NCBI GenBank assembly: GCA_026936335.1
Contig: JAPMXV010000045.1
Span: forward strand, 186,001-250,000
DNA from: Mantamonas sphyraenae STR306
Lineage: Eukaryota; Protista; CRuMs
Reading direction: 5' to 3'
Length of the DNA stretch: 64,000 bases
Below are positions 21,018 through 33,700 of this stretch, piece after piece. The position numbers and the translations under genes are program-made. Position 1 is the stretch's first letter, and the number at the start of each line of letters is the position of its first letter. The notes under the pieces were generated by a model. That model saw only the letters and a list, made by a program, of their open reading frames with translations, searched no databases and had not been told where the DNA came from.

Positions 21018-22521
21018 ATGTCTTGGGTCACGTACGTGGGGGGAGTGGTGATCGTGCTTGCTTTTCGCAAGTTGCCCTTGTTCAAGCAGCTGGCGACGGT
21101 GCTGGCGGTCCTCGTGGCCCAGTTGGCTGTGACGCTGTGCGTGGTCTCTCTGGGGGCATCGTACGTGTTTGTGCGTCCGTTCAGCGCCAAGATGCACGCC
21201 AAGGTGTCCAACAGAACAGTAACGGTGTCCTGGGGAGTGTTTACGCGACTGTTCCTGTCGCCGTTCTGGTCCAACATCAAGTTGCGTTTCAGCGGAAACT
21301 TTGAGCACACGGCCAAGGGTGAAAAGGCCTTTGTGGTGTGCAACCACCAGGCGGTAGGTGACATGAGCGGGGGGGCGTGAAACGCAAGATGCAGCGTCAC
21401 ACACACACACACACACGTGTCGACGTGCACTGGAGCTGCGCTGACATTCGTTCTGGCTTTGCAGGCTTCGGACCCGTTTTGCCTGTTGGGTTTGGCCGAC
21501 TACCACGGCGTGCTGGGCGGCGTGCGCTTTTTCATCAAGCAGAGCGCGCTGTGGATCCCGGTATACGGCCTGGGAATGTGGCTGCTCGGATTGTAAGTGG
21601 CAAGCATGTGCGAGAGGAAGGCGTTCGGCAAGCTGACACGTGGCGCGCGTTAACCTGCCCCCCCCCAAACACACACACTCAGCGTCTTTCTCAAGCGCAA
21701 CTGGCAGAAGGACCAGGCCCGCCTGAAGAATACCTTTCAGCGTCTCAAGGATGCCGACGAGCAGATTTGGCTCGTGTCGTACCTGGAGGGAACACGTCTG
21801 ACGGCGAAGAAGCTGGCGGAGAGCCAAGAGTACGCGCGAGAGAAAGAGCTGACGCCGCTGCAGCACGTGATGATCCCACGCACAAAGGGTTTTGTCGGCA
21901 CGGTGAGTTTTGGGGGTGGTGGATATTGCAGGTGTGCGTGTCTGTGTGTGTGGCCTGTTGGGACACAAGGCGCATGGGTTGCTGCTGACGAGGACGAACG
22001 GTTCGCACACACCCAGATGAACGAATGCAGGGACTTTTTCGACGCCGTGTACGACCTGACAACGTATACAGAGGGAGGAGAGCCTCTGACGCTGCTCGAG
22101 GTACGTGTACAATGGGACGACAAGGATGCATGGACCCTGGTTGACGGGGACGAGGCTTGCGAGTTTGAGATGGGTGAACGGCGAAAACAAACTGACACAC
22201 CCACGACGCCTCCCAGGTCCTGACCCCGGATGTCAACAAGACGGTGTACCTTCACGTAGAACGATTTGAAACGGACGAGGTGCCGACAGAGGTGAAGGTG
22301 AGTGGGAAGCAGAGGGAGACGTTTCCTGCGCTTTCGAGGGGCAGAACACTGACGCAGGCCCACAGGACATGCAAGAGTGGGTGCAGGAGCGATGGCGAAT
22401 CAAGGATGCACTGATGGACAATGTGATCAAGACGGGCGACTTTGAGTCGGACGGCAAGGTGATCGACTATCAGTACTTTGGTGAGCACCACAAGAAGACA
22501 GAGAGCAAGAAAGACAAATGA
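21018..22521 (+). CDS. Lysophospholipid acyltransferase (AGPAT3-5/LCLAT1-like, PlsC family), 6 exons
   Basis: Spliced product restores catalytic NHQAASD (HX4D), FVFLKRNWQKD, YLEGTR, HVMIPRTKGF and DAVYDLT. All five introns are GT-AG and in phase. Confidence 0.92.
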
Positions 22522-22543
22522 ACGCCCAGTTGCATCGCGTCGT

Positions 22544-23157
22544 CTATTCTGAATTGCTGGCTTCATCCGTGCTGCTCGCTGCGGCCAGGGCATCAATCTG
22601 TGCATCCCTCTGGACCAGCATTCGGTCCCAGTTGTCCTGGCGGATGGGGCGGTTCTGAACTCGACCACGCGGGGTGTCAGTTTGCTCGCCTGGGACGAGG
22701 GGAGAAAGGCATGCATATGTGTATGTGGCTGTGAGGCGTGCGTGCATGCCATTGGTTCGGTTGAACCTCATGTGTGCGTGTTATGCATCCCATGGCCAGC
22801 GGCAGGGACGCGGCACGCATCCGACGTCGCTGCCAGCCGACGAATGTGCGCTTCCGGTCCCTCTCTGCGGCCCTGTACACACACAGGGAAACAGGTGGGG
22901 GTAGAACACACACTAGACGCGTGGCCATGTTGTGTGTGCGACCACTGTGCGTGTCCTTGGCGCGGTGTACTGCTCATGGGGACGCAGGGAGGCGGGCAAG
23001 AGAGTTCGAGGAAACGAGGGGAGCGGCGGGAAGATTGGGAGCAACGTACTTCGCCATCGTTGACAAGCTTGTGGAAACCGTACTGCAGGGCTCCAATGCC
23101 AGCCACACCAATGGTGATGAGAGTGGCAGGCGGGATCACTTCACGGGGGAACGGCAT
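22544..23157 (-). CDS. NDUFA1: Complex I accessory subunit NDUFA1 (MWFE), 72 aa
   Basis: Exons 23157-23050 and 22654-22544 give MPFPREVIPPATLITIGVAGIGALQYGFHKLVNDGE/NRPIRQDNWDRMLVQRDAQI, matching the E-h-h-P, TM, NxG, DxWDRxhxxRD pattern. Confidence 0.82.
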
Positions 23158-23204
23158 CGCTGTTGTGGGGGTTGTCCTGTGGGGGACTGCGCTGCTGCGC
23201 ACAA

Positions 23205-23231
23205 ACACACACACACACACACACACACACA
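23205..23231. repeat. (AC)n microsatellite in the NDUFA1/DZIP1 divergent gap
   Basis: Directly visible. Confidence 0.9.
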
Positions 23232-23251
23232 ACCATACGCAAACATCCCGC

Positions 23252-23376
23252 ATGACTGAAGCGTCGCCATCGCAGTACACACAGTACACCCACGGCGCAA
23301 GCAGCTCACACGGCCAGGTGGGGTCGACTGCGACGAATCGCAGCCTGGACGCTCGGTTTGCTGAAGCGCAAGCGGG

Positions 23377-23412
<36 letters not shown>

Positions 23413-26400
23413 CGGCCGTGGAAAACAAGCACAGTATGCGCAGCCGGAGGATGCTGGGGTGCGCAAGAGTGCCACCGACGAGGTGGGCGAGTTCTACTTT
23501 CGTCGCAAAAGCGGACGACTCGATTGGCAGGTAAGCCATTGTGGGATACAGGGAGCATCACGCGCCCAAACAAGCTCGAGGATGTGTTTCCAGAGGAGCC
23601 AAAGATTGGGTGACCGTCACATTGGGAGGTGACGACGCGTGTGTGGCGAGAGAGAGCCGGTGGAAACTCGCGGATTAACCGTTGAAATGACTCACGCGTG
23701 CGCGGGCTCTGCTTTTCACAGACGCTGGACAGTATCAATCCCATGCAGGTGGTCCAGGATGTGGACATCGAAACACTGCAGAACGTGGTGGCCAATCTAA
23801 CGTTTGCAGATGTGCACCAGGAAGGTAAGCGGGGCAAAAGGCGAGAATCCGCCGCGGCGCGCAAAGTGAGTGACAAGACGCTGACTCCCCACGCCCCCTC
23901 CACCCACGCACACCTGCGTCGCTGCAGATCTATACATGCGTCAAGGCCAATTTGTGAAGCTGTTCCAGTTGGCTCAACTGATTGTGGAGTACCTCATCTA
24001 CTCGCAGGAGTACTTGGTTGCCGAGAAGGCGGATTTGGAGGAGGCGTTGGCATTGTCCAAGGAACGCCAGCAGGCGCTGCAAACACAGAACAACCAGCTT
24101 CGTGACGAGTTGGCCCTGGCGCGCAGCGATCTCAAGACGAAAAAGTCGGCCATCAAGATGTACGAGTACCTCTTGGCGACGGCACAGAGCAACACGGCAC
24201 TTGCGCAGCAGCAGGGCACCATGGCAGCCGCCCACCGCTGTGTCCTCTGCACCAACAAAGCCTTCCGCAGTGCCCACTACCTGGAAAAGCACATCCACAA
24301 GCGGCATGAGCAGGACGCGGCACGCATGACGGAACTACTTGCAGCCGGCGCTCCCGAGATGCACCGCACCATGGCCGAGGCACCGCCGCAGCAGCAGCAG
24401 CAGCAGTCACAACAACAGCAGCAACAGCAGCAACGACAGATGGCGCCGGTGATGGTACAGAGTGCGCCGGAGGGAGGAAATGGAGGTGAGGAGTTGCGAG
24501 CCGCGCTGAACCAGGAGACAACGCGACTGTACAACCTGCGTGCGTCGTTTGAGGAGAAACTGGCGGCGGAGAACGAGCAGGCGCTGGAACGGGAGCGCAA
24601 GATGCGTGAGGAGTATCACCAGAACACGCTCAAGATGCAGGAGGAGATCCGTGCGCTGCAACGATACATTCGCAACACGATGGAGGAGCAGAAAGACTCG
24701 ATTGTAAAGGAGTCGCAGCGAACCATGAACGACCTGCGCTCGTCGTTGAACCGAGACGCCGTGGGCCATGGCGCAGGCGTCATGTACGACGAGCAGGGTC
24801 ATGTGTTGGCGCCGTCGTCGCCCGGACAGCAGCAGCAGCAGCAAAGGGACGGAAACACCGCTCAGCCAGTGATGTACATGTCCATGTCGTCGCCCGGGAG
24901 GCCCTTTGCAGAGGAGGAGGCACGCGAGCGTGAGGAGCTGCAGAAGGAAAAGTATGCGCTGGAACTGGAGAAGCTGCGGCAGGAGCGCGCAAACATGATG
25001 CATGAAATGGAAATGGAGCGGCAACAGATGCGACTGGACATGGAGCGACAGCGTGTGGAAATGGAGCGTCTGGCAGCTCGCAAGGGCCGACGCGCAGGGC
25101 GTGGACGTGGACGCGGCGGAGGCAGCGTACCCAGGACACGGCCGGACAGCGCACGTTCGCACACACCGTCGCAGGGCAACTTGAGCGCACGCGGATCGCC
25201 CAGTCCCGTGCTGGACAGGTATGGCAATCCCATGTACCAAAGCGACTCGGACGTGTACCCAATGCAGGCAGCCACACCCGCGTCCGGCATGTCGCCGTTC
25301 ATGGTGCGCCACAGCGCTCCCGTGTCTGTGTTTGCCAACCCGGAAGAGGCTCAGGCCCAGCAGCAGGCGGCGGCGACGCAAAGCCTGGGTGAGAAGCGCC
25401 AAATGGCGGCGCAGATGCAGGTGCGCACCACGCCACAGTACCGACAGCCGGCAGAGGTGGTCAAGACGACAAGTGCGTCGGGAGACGCGGAGGAGGACGA
25501 GGATGAGGATGCGGAGGACGAGGATGCGGTGGAAGTGTTCAACCTGTCCGGGAGCATGACGGACGCAGACCGCAGCATGGACAACTTTCTGGAGAGCCAG
25601 GCCCATCTGGCCGAACGCAACGCACGGCGCAACGAACAGCTGCAGAAGCAGCGGGCCGGACCTGGCGCAGGTGTCAACGCCACGATGGAAACCATCACGC
25701 CTCCGGAGAGCAACCGATCGAATGTGACGCAACCCGTGGATGAGGAGGAGGAGGACGACGACGCGGAGCACGGAGCGGTGATGGTGGAGCCCGTGGATGT
25801 GGAGGAGGAGCATGAAGAGGACGATGATGACGATGACGTGGAGGGCAGGTATGTGAACGCGATGCAACGGCAGGACACGGAGCCAAAAATGGCACACGCC
25901 CGTCCTCAGGCTGGCCAACGGCTGGAGGAGATGCGGGCCATGGATCCGGTGGAAAGGGCGCCGGGACAGGTGGCGACGATGGGCCAACTGTACGCACGGT
26001 CCATGCAGGCCAACGATCCGCCCAAGGCGTACAACCGACAGCACAAGGCGGCGCAGATTGAGGTTGGACGAGACATTGAGGAGCTGGTCGGGGCGCGGGA
26101 TGAACTTCGAGGACGCGTGGATCCGCACGCCATGGCCATGGACAAATCCACACACGCGCTGCTCATGCAAGACCTGCGCGAGGATCGCAAGAGCGCACCC
26201 GTGGAGCACAACAACCTCGTGTTCCAATTCCAACGCGAGCTGGATGAGCTGTACCGCACGCAGCAACAGGGCGGTGGGATCTCGGTGGGGGCACGCACGC
26301 CGCAAAAGAACCAGACGCGCAGCAGGAACAGCAACAACAGCAACAACGGCAGTCCCACCAGCAGTCCCACCAGCAGTCCGAGCCGAGGGTCGCCCAAGCG

Positions 26401-27613
26401 TGGAGGGCCCAAGACACGTGCGTCGCAGCTTCAGCAGCAAAACAGCAAGAAGCGACCTCCGGCGAGCCCCGTGCGCAGCGTGGGAGGCGGCGGGACACCC
26501 AAGCGTGTCGGAGCCAATGTGGGCTCGCCCGTGATGCGCAGCCCAGGCGGACCCAGCATGGGCGGGATGACAAACAACAACACGGGCTCCAACAGGGGCA
26601 CGCCAAAGTCGGCAGGACCGGTGAAGCGAGGTGGTGGTGGTGGTGGTGGCAACGGCGGTGGACCGTCGATGCTGATGCGCAGCGGAAGCAACTTGGGAAA
26701 CCAACAGACGCCAAAGAGCGTGACGGCAGGCGGGTTCCAAGCGCAGCAGGAACAGAAGCAGCAGGCGGCGGCGCGCACGGGCAGTGACAGCTTGGGAGCG
26801 ATTGTGCGTGCGGGCGACGCTGGCATGCAGGGCAGGAGCAAGGAGACGTCGCAGGAGGTGGCACGTGTGCAACGATCGCTGGCAGAGGAAGCCGAGGCCG
26901 AGCTGCGCGCAAGCCAGCGCGTGGGTCACAAGGAGGAGCAGGCTCGTGCGGCAGAGGCCAACCAAGACCTGAGTCTGGTGGACCAGGAGATGAGCAGGAG
27001 TGGCGCAGCGACGGGTGTGGGTGGCAACACCCCAGTGACCACCAGTCGCAACGTAAAGGCCATCAACGAATGGGACCTGGACGACGACGACGACGACTTG
27101 GACGACTTGGACGACTTTAACCCAATGCCCACGGCGACCATGCGCAGCGAACGCCCTTCGCCATCGCTGGAAGAGACGACACGAAGGCAGCCTCGACATG
27201 ATGAACATGCGCAGGCTCAGGGTGGCACCGGAGCAGCAGCCAAGACGCCGACCAGTGCCAAGACGACGTCCAACTCGTCGGTGATGACGCCCGACGGACG
27301 CGTGCACACGTTTGACGAGTTGGAAGACAACGATTGGGACAACTTCCTGGACGAGGAGGACATTCTGTCGGACACCAACGAGTCGCAGAAACAGAAGCAG
27401 AAGCAGAAGCAGAACAACACGTCCACCAGCACCTCCAGCGTACCTCGAGCTGACGCAGACGCACGCTCGGGACTGAGCAGCACCTTTGGCGGCGTCGGAG
27501 GCGTGCAGCGTCCGGGCAGCAGCGCAGGCAGTGGGCTGCGACGATCGACAAACAGCGCCCCGGTGGAAGCCCTTGACAACAGCTGGGACGACCTGGACAT
27601 GGAAACGGCGTGA
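23252..27613 (+). CDS. DZIP1: DZIP1/Iguana-like basal-body zinc-finger protein
   Basis: Exons 23252-23530, 23722-23824, 23928-27613. Dzip N-terminal domain (FYFRRKSGRLDWQ, VVQDVDIETLQ...LTF, FVKLFQLAQLIVEYLIYSQEYL), C2H2 finger CVLC...YLEKHIHKRH, coiled coil and disordered tail. Confidence 0.9.
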
Positions 27614-27647
27614 AAGGGGAGACGTGTGCTCATTTTGGAAGCTGGAA

Positions 27648-27679
27648 ATGAACGCATGAACGCATGAACGCATGAACGC
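27648..27679 (+). repeat. (ATGAACGC)x4 tandem repeat
   Basis: Four perfect 8-mers between the DZIP1 stop and the RasGEF start. Confidence 0.95.
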
Positions 27680-27711
27680 AGTGGGACTCAAAACAAACAC
27701 AAACGAACTCC

Positions 27712-30700
27712 ATGCTCGTCGCGCAACTGGCCTCGTGGGCGTCGCAATCGTCGTTGGACGGCGAACGTGCGCACCAGGCCACATTTGTGCACCAGGGCGT
27801 GGTGTATGCACACGGGGGCGATGGAGAAGCCACAGAGGGCGATGGCGACGTTGGAAGCAGCAGCTATGGTCACAGGCGGCGCAGTAGCCTGAAGAGCGCG
27901 TCGTCCACCCTGTCGCTGACCAGCCTGGACACCGCCAGCGAGCTGAACAGCAGCCCGCGGAGCACAACCAGCGCAGGAATGGAAGAAATGGCCACGGGCA
28001 CTTTGACTGCATACGATCTCACAGAGCAAGTGTGGTCACAGGTGAGCACGTACGGCCACGACGCGCCGAGCTCAAAGCTCCAGAAGCACGCAGCGGTGCT
28101 GAACAAACGCCACGGCATTGTCCTCATGCAAGGGGGTATGGAGGATGCGTTGGAGGGCTTGGCTGGCGTGACGAGTGCCAGCAGTACGCCTCTGGCCTGT
28201 GCAGACGTGTTTGCGCTGGACTTGGTGGATTTTCGCTGGAGCCGGCCGTCGTGTGTCGGCGACGAACCGCCTGCGCTCGTCGACCACTGCATGCAGAGCA
28301 CAGGGGACCACGTGTATATTGTTGGCGGTCGCTATTTGGACGGCGGTGGAGTGTGGAGGTACAATCGGGATGTGTTCCGGCTGGACCTGCGCTCGTTTGA
28401 GTGGGTGCGTTGCGCCGCGTTTGGCCAGGCGCCAGCGACGGCAGGTGCCTCGTGCGTCGTGGCGGACCACACACTGGTTGTCTTTGGCGGATACTCTGGC
28501 AACTGGCCCAACTATGTTTACCACAACAGTTTGCACACGCTCAACCTGGACTCCATGACCTGGCTGAGCACTGTGCCTCTGGGCAGCAAACCCACCCCGC
28601 GAGCCTGGCATTCGGCCGCTGTGCGGCGCACTCTCGACGAGGACAGCCACGATATCATTGTAAGTAGGAGTGTGGTGAATGCTGCGGTAGACTGCGTCCA
28701 CCCCAGTGGTTGCAGTGTGCCGTGTGTGTCTGTGCTGTGTGGACTGTGTGTGAAGTGTGTGTGTGAGAGACTGACTCCCCGCCCAGATTTACGGAGGCGC
28801 GTGCCACTTGGGCGACACCCAACTGGAAGAGCTGCTGTCCGACATGTTCATCTTCAACACAGAGAACCGCAGGTGGACCAGGGTTGTGTACGAAGAGCCG
28901 ACGCAAGCTGGAGAGCTGCTTCCGGACGGACGGTACGGCCACCGGGCACACTGGGTGCGCCAACAACTGGTCATCCTTGGCGGGCGGACTGTGAGTGATG
29001 TGTCTTTCACAGGATCGCACAGCAGCGCAAACGATAGCCATGCACCGCGCGGCCAGCTTCTGATTGCAGATCTGCACGTCGGTCTCAAGCCGGACGAAGG
29101 TGCACAGCAACGGCAAGGCAGTGTCGAGCTGAGTGCACGCACACCGCAGCTCAACATGCTGCGGTCGCAAAGCTCGGTGTCGCTGGCATCCAACGCAGAT
29201 TCGACTGTGACGATGTCTGCGCCCTCGCCAAGCGCAGAGTCGGCCACAGGGTACTTTGAGCAGGAGAGTGCAGCCGTTGCACAGCTTCGGCGCGAAAACG
29301 CGACAATGGGCACGCAACTGGCACAGTATGTGGAGAGGGTGCAGGTGGTGGACTCGCTGAACGCCTCGCTGGAAAGCCGGCTGAAGAACGCACAGGAAGA
29401 ACGCAACGCTGCGCTGGCGGACAAGGAAGAGCTGCAAGCACAGGTGAGAGAATTGCAACAGGCTGTGGCACTGCGCCACGACGACGACACGGGATGGCAG
29501 CAACAGCTGGTGGAAACACAAACCCAGTTGACTGAAGCCAGGCAGCGTGCACATCGCGATGCGCTGCTGGCCGAGGACAGCCTTGCCAGCATGAAGAAGC
29601 AAGTGGACGAGTTGAGCAGGAAACTGGAAGAAGAACGACAGGAAAGCGCACGGTGGAAGACGGAGCAACACGAAACGGCGTTGAAGCTCGAGAAGCACCA
29701 GCACGAACAGCAAACACAAAGCGAGGAGGCCTTTGCACGCATGCGTGCCCTGGAGCAGGAGTTGCAAGAGGCACGGAAATTGGGACACGCAGCGACAGCG
29801 CAGGCGGAGGCGCAGGTTCAGCAGGAGGAGGCCACGAACAACAGCCTGCGCCTTGTGGTTCAGGATCTTTCCCAGCAGCTGCGCGCTGAACGGGAAGCAA
29901 GCACCCAGCTGCAAATGGCCAACCAGGAGCTGTACACAGACAACATGGCGCTGGTCACGCAGATGGAGCAAATGCGCGAGTATGTGCAGCTGATTGAGAG
30001 CGAAACAAACACATGCCTGCTCGAAGCCAATGCACAGGTCGAGGCGCTTCACACACGCGCCTCCGAAGCAGAGAGCGAGCTTCTTACGCTCAGAGATGCG
30101 TCTGCAGAGGTCCAATCGCTGCGCGAGCAGGTGGACAACTTGCAAAAGCGTACCGACAGCACCAACGCGGCCAGTGGGGCAGAGTCAGCCATCGATGCGG
30201 ACTTGCAACGCTCTGCGCTTATCAAGCAAATGCGTGCACAGGTCCAATTTGACCGGCAGATGGCCGACATGGAGGTCAAGCGCAGCAGACAGCAATGCGA
30301 CTCCATGCAAACCCAGATGCAGTCCATGGTCCTGGAACTGGCACAAGTCGAACGCCAGGCCATGCAGTGGAAGGCGTCCAGCGAGTCGAAAGACCGACAA
30401 ATCACGCAGTTACAGCTTCAGATGCGCAACATGGAAACCCGATGTGGCCAGCTGCAAGCGTTTGCCGCAGCCACGGCAGAGGACGCCTCAGAGACCAAGA
30501 GACAGCTGCTGGACACACAACAACAGGTGGTGGGTGTCAAACAGGAGCTGCAAAGCACCCTGGCACACAGCAAACAGCAGGCAAACATGCTGGAAAGGCA
30601 ACATGAGGTGGAACGCGCCGAGCTGCGGGACAGGCTGGAACGCATCCAAGATTCGCACGCCATGGAGGTCAAGCACTTGCAGCAAAGGGTACAGACGCTA

Positions 30701-33700
30701 CAGGGCGTGGAGAGCAGCTCCGAGGAAACCATTGCTACCCTGAAGAGCGTTCAGGCGGAATCAGAGGAAATGATTGAACACCTTCGACGATCGCTGGTCA
30801 AGGAGCGCGCCAACAGCGAACAAAAGTACGCCCAGATGAAGCGTGTGCGTGAGGATGCACACGATGCAGAGACGCTGATGCGAATGCGCAAAGAGCTGGA
30901 GGCAACCGTGGAGCAGCAACAGCTGGTTATCGACAACCTGAACAAGCAAGACGAGTACAACCGGGTCATTGTCAAGGCCATGAAAACCAAGGAGCTCAAC
31001 CTGCGTGACCGCGTGGAAGAGCTGGAGATGCAGGTGGAGACCGAGGCAGATCAGCGTCGCATGTCGGAGCGGCACCTGAGCAAGCTGCAAGATGTTGTGC
31101 GGCAGCGCGACTCTCAGATGAATGAGTTGGTGCAGGCCAACGATGCACTGACACGACAGCTTCACGAAACCGAGGATACGGCTCAGAACAGGATGCAGCG
31201 GGTGCAAGAGCTGCGACAGGAGCTGAAGGACGCCAAGGAGCAACTGGAGGAGATGCATGAGGACCTAGATCAGTTCAGCACATCGCTTGTCAGTGGCGCG
31301 TCGGCCGTCGTCATGCCAGACACGCCGCGGTCGGTGACACAGCTAACGATGCAGGAGGAAGATGGCCAGGGAGTGCGCATGTCGTCGCCTGCACAGACAC
31401 GACGCGTGCGCAAGCTGCAGCAGCTGAAGCGTGAGTCCTCCAGCGCTCCAGTCCAGCGCACAGGACTGCAGGTTACCACGCCGAGTGCCGGGGAGGTCGA
31501 TATGCAGGCACGCGAACAAAAGGTGCATCAAGGACGCTCAGTTGGGCCAGGTCAAACACGTCGCTCACTTACTCTGTCCGAGGACGCGGACGAGGACGGA
31601 GTGATTGCCGTCACGCCCGTCAACAGAGCTCAATCGGAAATGTCGCTGCTGAGCAGGCAGCGCATGAGTGCGCGGTCGAACAAAGTGCGTGAGAGTTTGC
31701 AATTGATGCGCGAGGAGGTGGAGTTCAAGGAGCAGCAGGTGAAAAACGTGCTGCAAGAGCTGGGCACGATGACCAATGCGTACAACCAGCTGAAGCGTCG
31801 CCACGCACTGATTTCGGAGGTGCACGTCCGTCAATCGCGCGAACTGGAAGCGATGAGCGAAGCGCACACGCTACTGGGTAAGGAACACGAGGTGACAACG
31901 CAACACTTGCGTGATGCGCTGCAGTACCTCAGCTTCATGCAAGGGGAGTGCGGCACTACGGCGACCGAAATGGACCATGTGATGGAGGAGTACCGCGAGC
32001 TGCGTAAGGCCAAGCTGAAGCTGATCCACTCTCACGAAGAGTTAACCGACGCGTTCGAGGCGTCCAACCACATCCAGACATCGCTGTACGCGGCGCACGA
32101 GCGACTGCTGCGCGAAAACCAAGATTTGGTACGTGCACACGAACACTTGGAAGAGGCGCACATGGGTGTAGTGAACCGATTGGCCATCACCACGCGAGCG
32201 CTGGGAGACCTGGCGCAGAGCCACGATGCCCTGCGCCAAAACCATCTGAAAGGCGCCGAGGAACAAGACCGAAGCACCCAGCATCTCAAGAACAGTGCAG
32301 AGAGCATGCAAGAACTGCAAGCACAGCTGTTGCATTGGTTTCAGAGCGAGGAGTTGCGTGTGCAGAGCCTGGTGGACGTGGAGACGTCGCAAAACGCAGT
32401 CTCGGCGTTCCTGGAAGGACCGCTGCTTGAGAACGCAGCTATGGTGAAGCATCAGCTGCACACGCTGCGAGATCACCACGAGGAAACGACGCGTGCTTTT
32501 GCGGCGCAAGCTGGCGAGTTCTTGATCCTCAGCAGTGGCTACGACGAGCTGACGAGGCAGCTGTTGGAGCAAAAGGATGCTCACGAATCTACAACGAGTG
32601 ACCTGCAACGGTTGACTGAGATGCACAAGGCGCTGAAGCAAGCACACAACGAGCTCACACAAGCCCATGTCCGTCTGACCTCTCACCATGGAGGCCTTAG
32701 CAAAGAGTTGGACAACAACACGCAAGGACACAACGACACCACGTACGCGTTGGCATACACAAACAGCGAGTTGGAGACGCTGGAATCGAGTCACAAGGAG
32801 CTGACGAGCAACCACAGCATGCTGACGGCGGAACACGGGGACGCACGATCCTTTGTGGAAGGGATGACCGCGGCACATACGGCGCTGCGCGAGTGCCTTA
32901 TGACAACTCAAAAGGACTTGGAAGTGGTGAGCCGGGACATGAGCGGGCTGGGAGATGCACACAAGCAGCTGTGCACCTCGTACGATCGAGTGAAGGGCCA
33001 ACTTGACAAGAGCATCGAATGGATGCAAGTGGCAAACAGCAAGCACGAGGGCCTGACGACAGCACATGTACATTTGCGACGTAACATGGACCAACTGCGC
33101 GAACAGCACGAAGCGAGCACAGAAAGTGGACGTGCACTTGTGGACAACAGCAATGCGGTGCATGGGAGCTACGAAGCAATGCGAAGCAGCCATGACAGGG
33201 TGACACAGATGCAAATCAAGGTGTGGACGGCACACACGGGTTTGACGCAGGCTCACCAGGCGCTCTTTGAGACGCTGGACGAGCAGGTCGACCAGCACAG
33301 CGCATGCTGGTCACAGCTTGAACGAGCTGGTCAGCATTTGGCTCACCTGCGCGAAGCGCACAACCAATTGATGGAGTTCACTCGGGAAAACACCTCGTTC
33401 ATGTCCGAGCTCACCGAAAGGACGCAGGTGGCAACAAGATCGCACGAGGAACTTACGACACGGCACGAGGAGATGATTGCAATGCAGCAAAGGCTGCTTC
33501 GGGAAACATGGACGTTGCTGAGCCAAGAAGAGGAACTCCACGCGGTGGACGTGGAAACGCATCGCATGATGGACACGCTGACGGACATCGAAGAAAGGAC
33601 GAGCGCACAGCTTGACGAGACACGCAGCAGCCACGTGAAGACCACCAAGTCTCTTCTTGAGGCCCGAAACATGCTGGATACGTCGGAGCAGCACATACGG

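Noticed and set aside
22655-23049. Long introns in NDUFA1 (395 nt) and QCR6 (41247-41659, 413 nt) as snoRNA hosts
   Set aside because: No convincing C/D or H/ACA boxes by eye; an Infernal scan would be needed.
24407-28012. 1201-aa antisense ORF over DZIP1 and many similar shadow ORFs (328-1785, 3665-5428, 58346-59866)
   Set aside because: Expected from high GC3 codon bias opposite real genes; no recognisable motifs.
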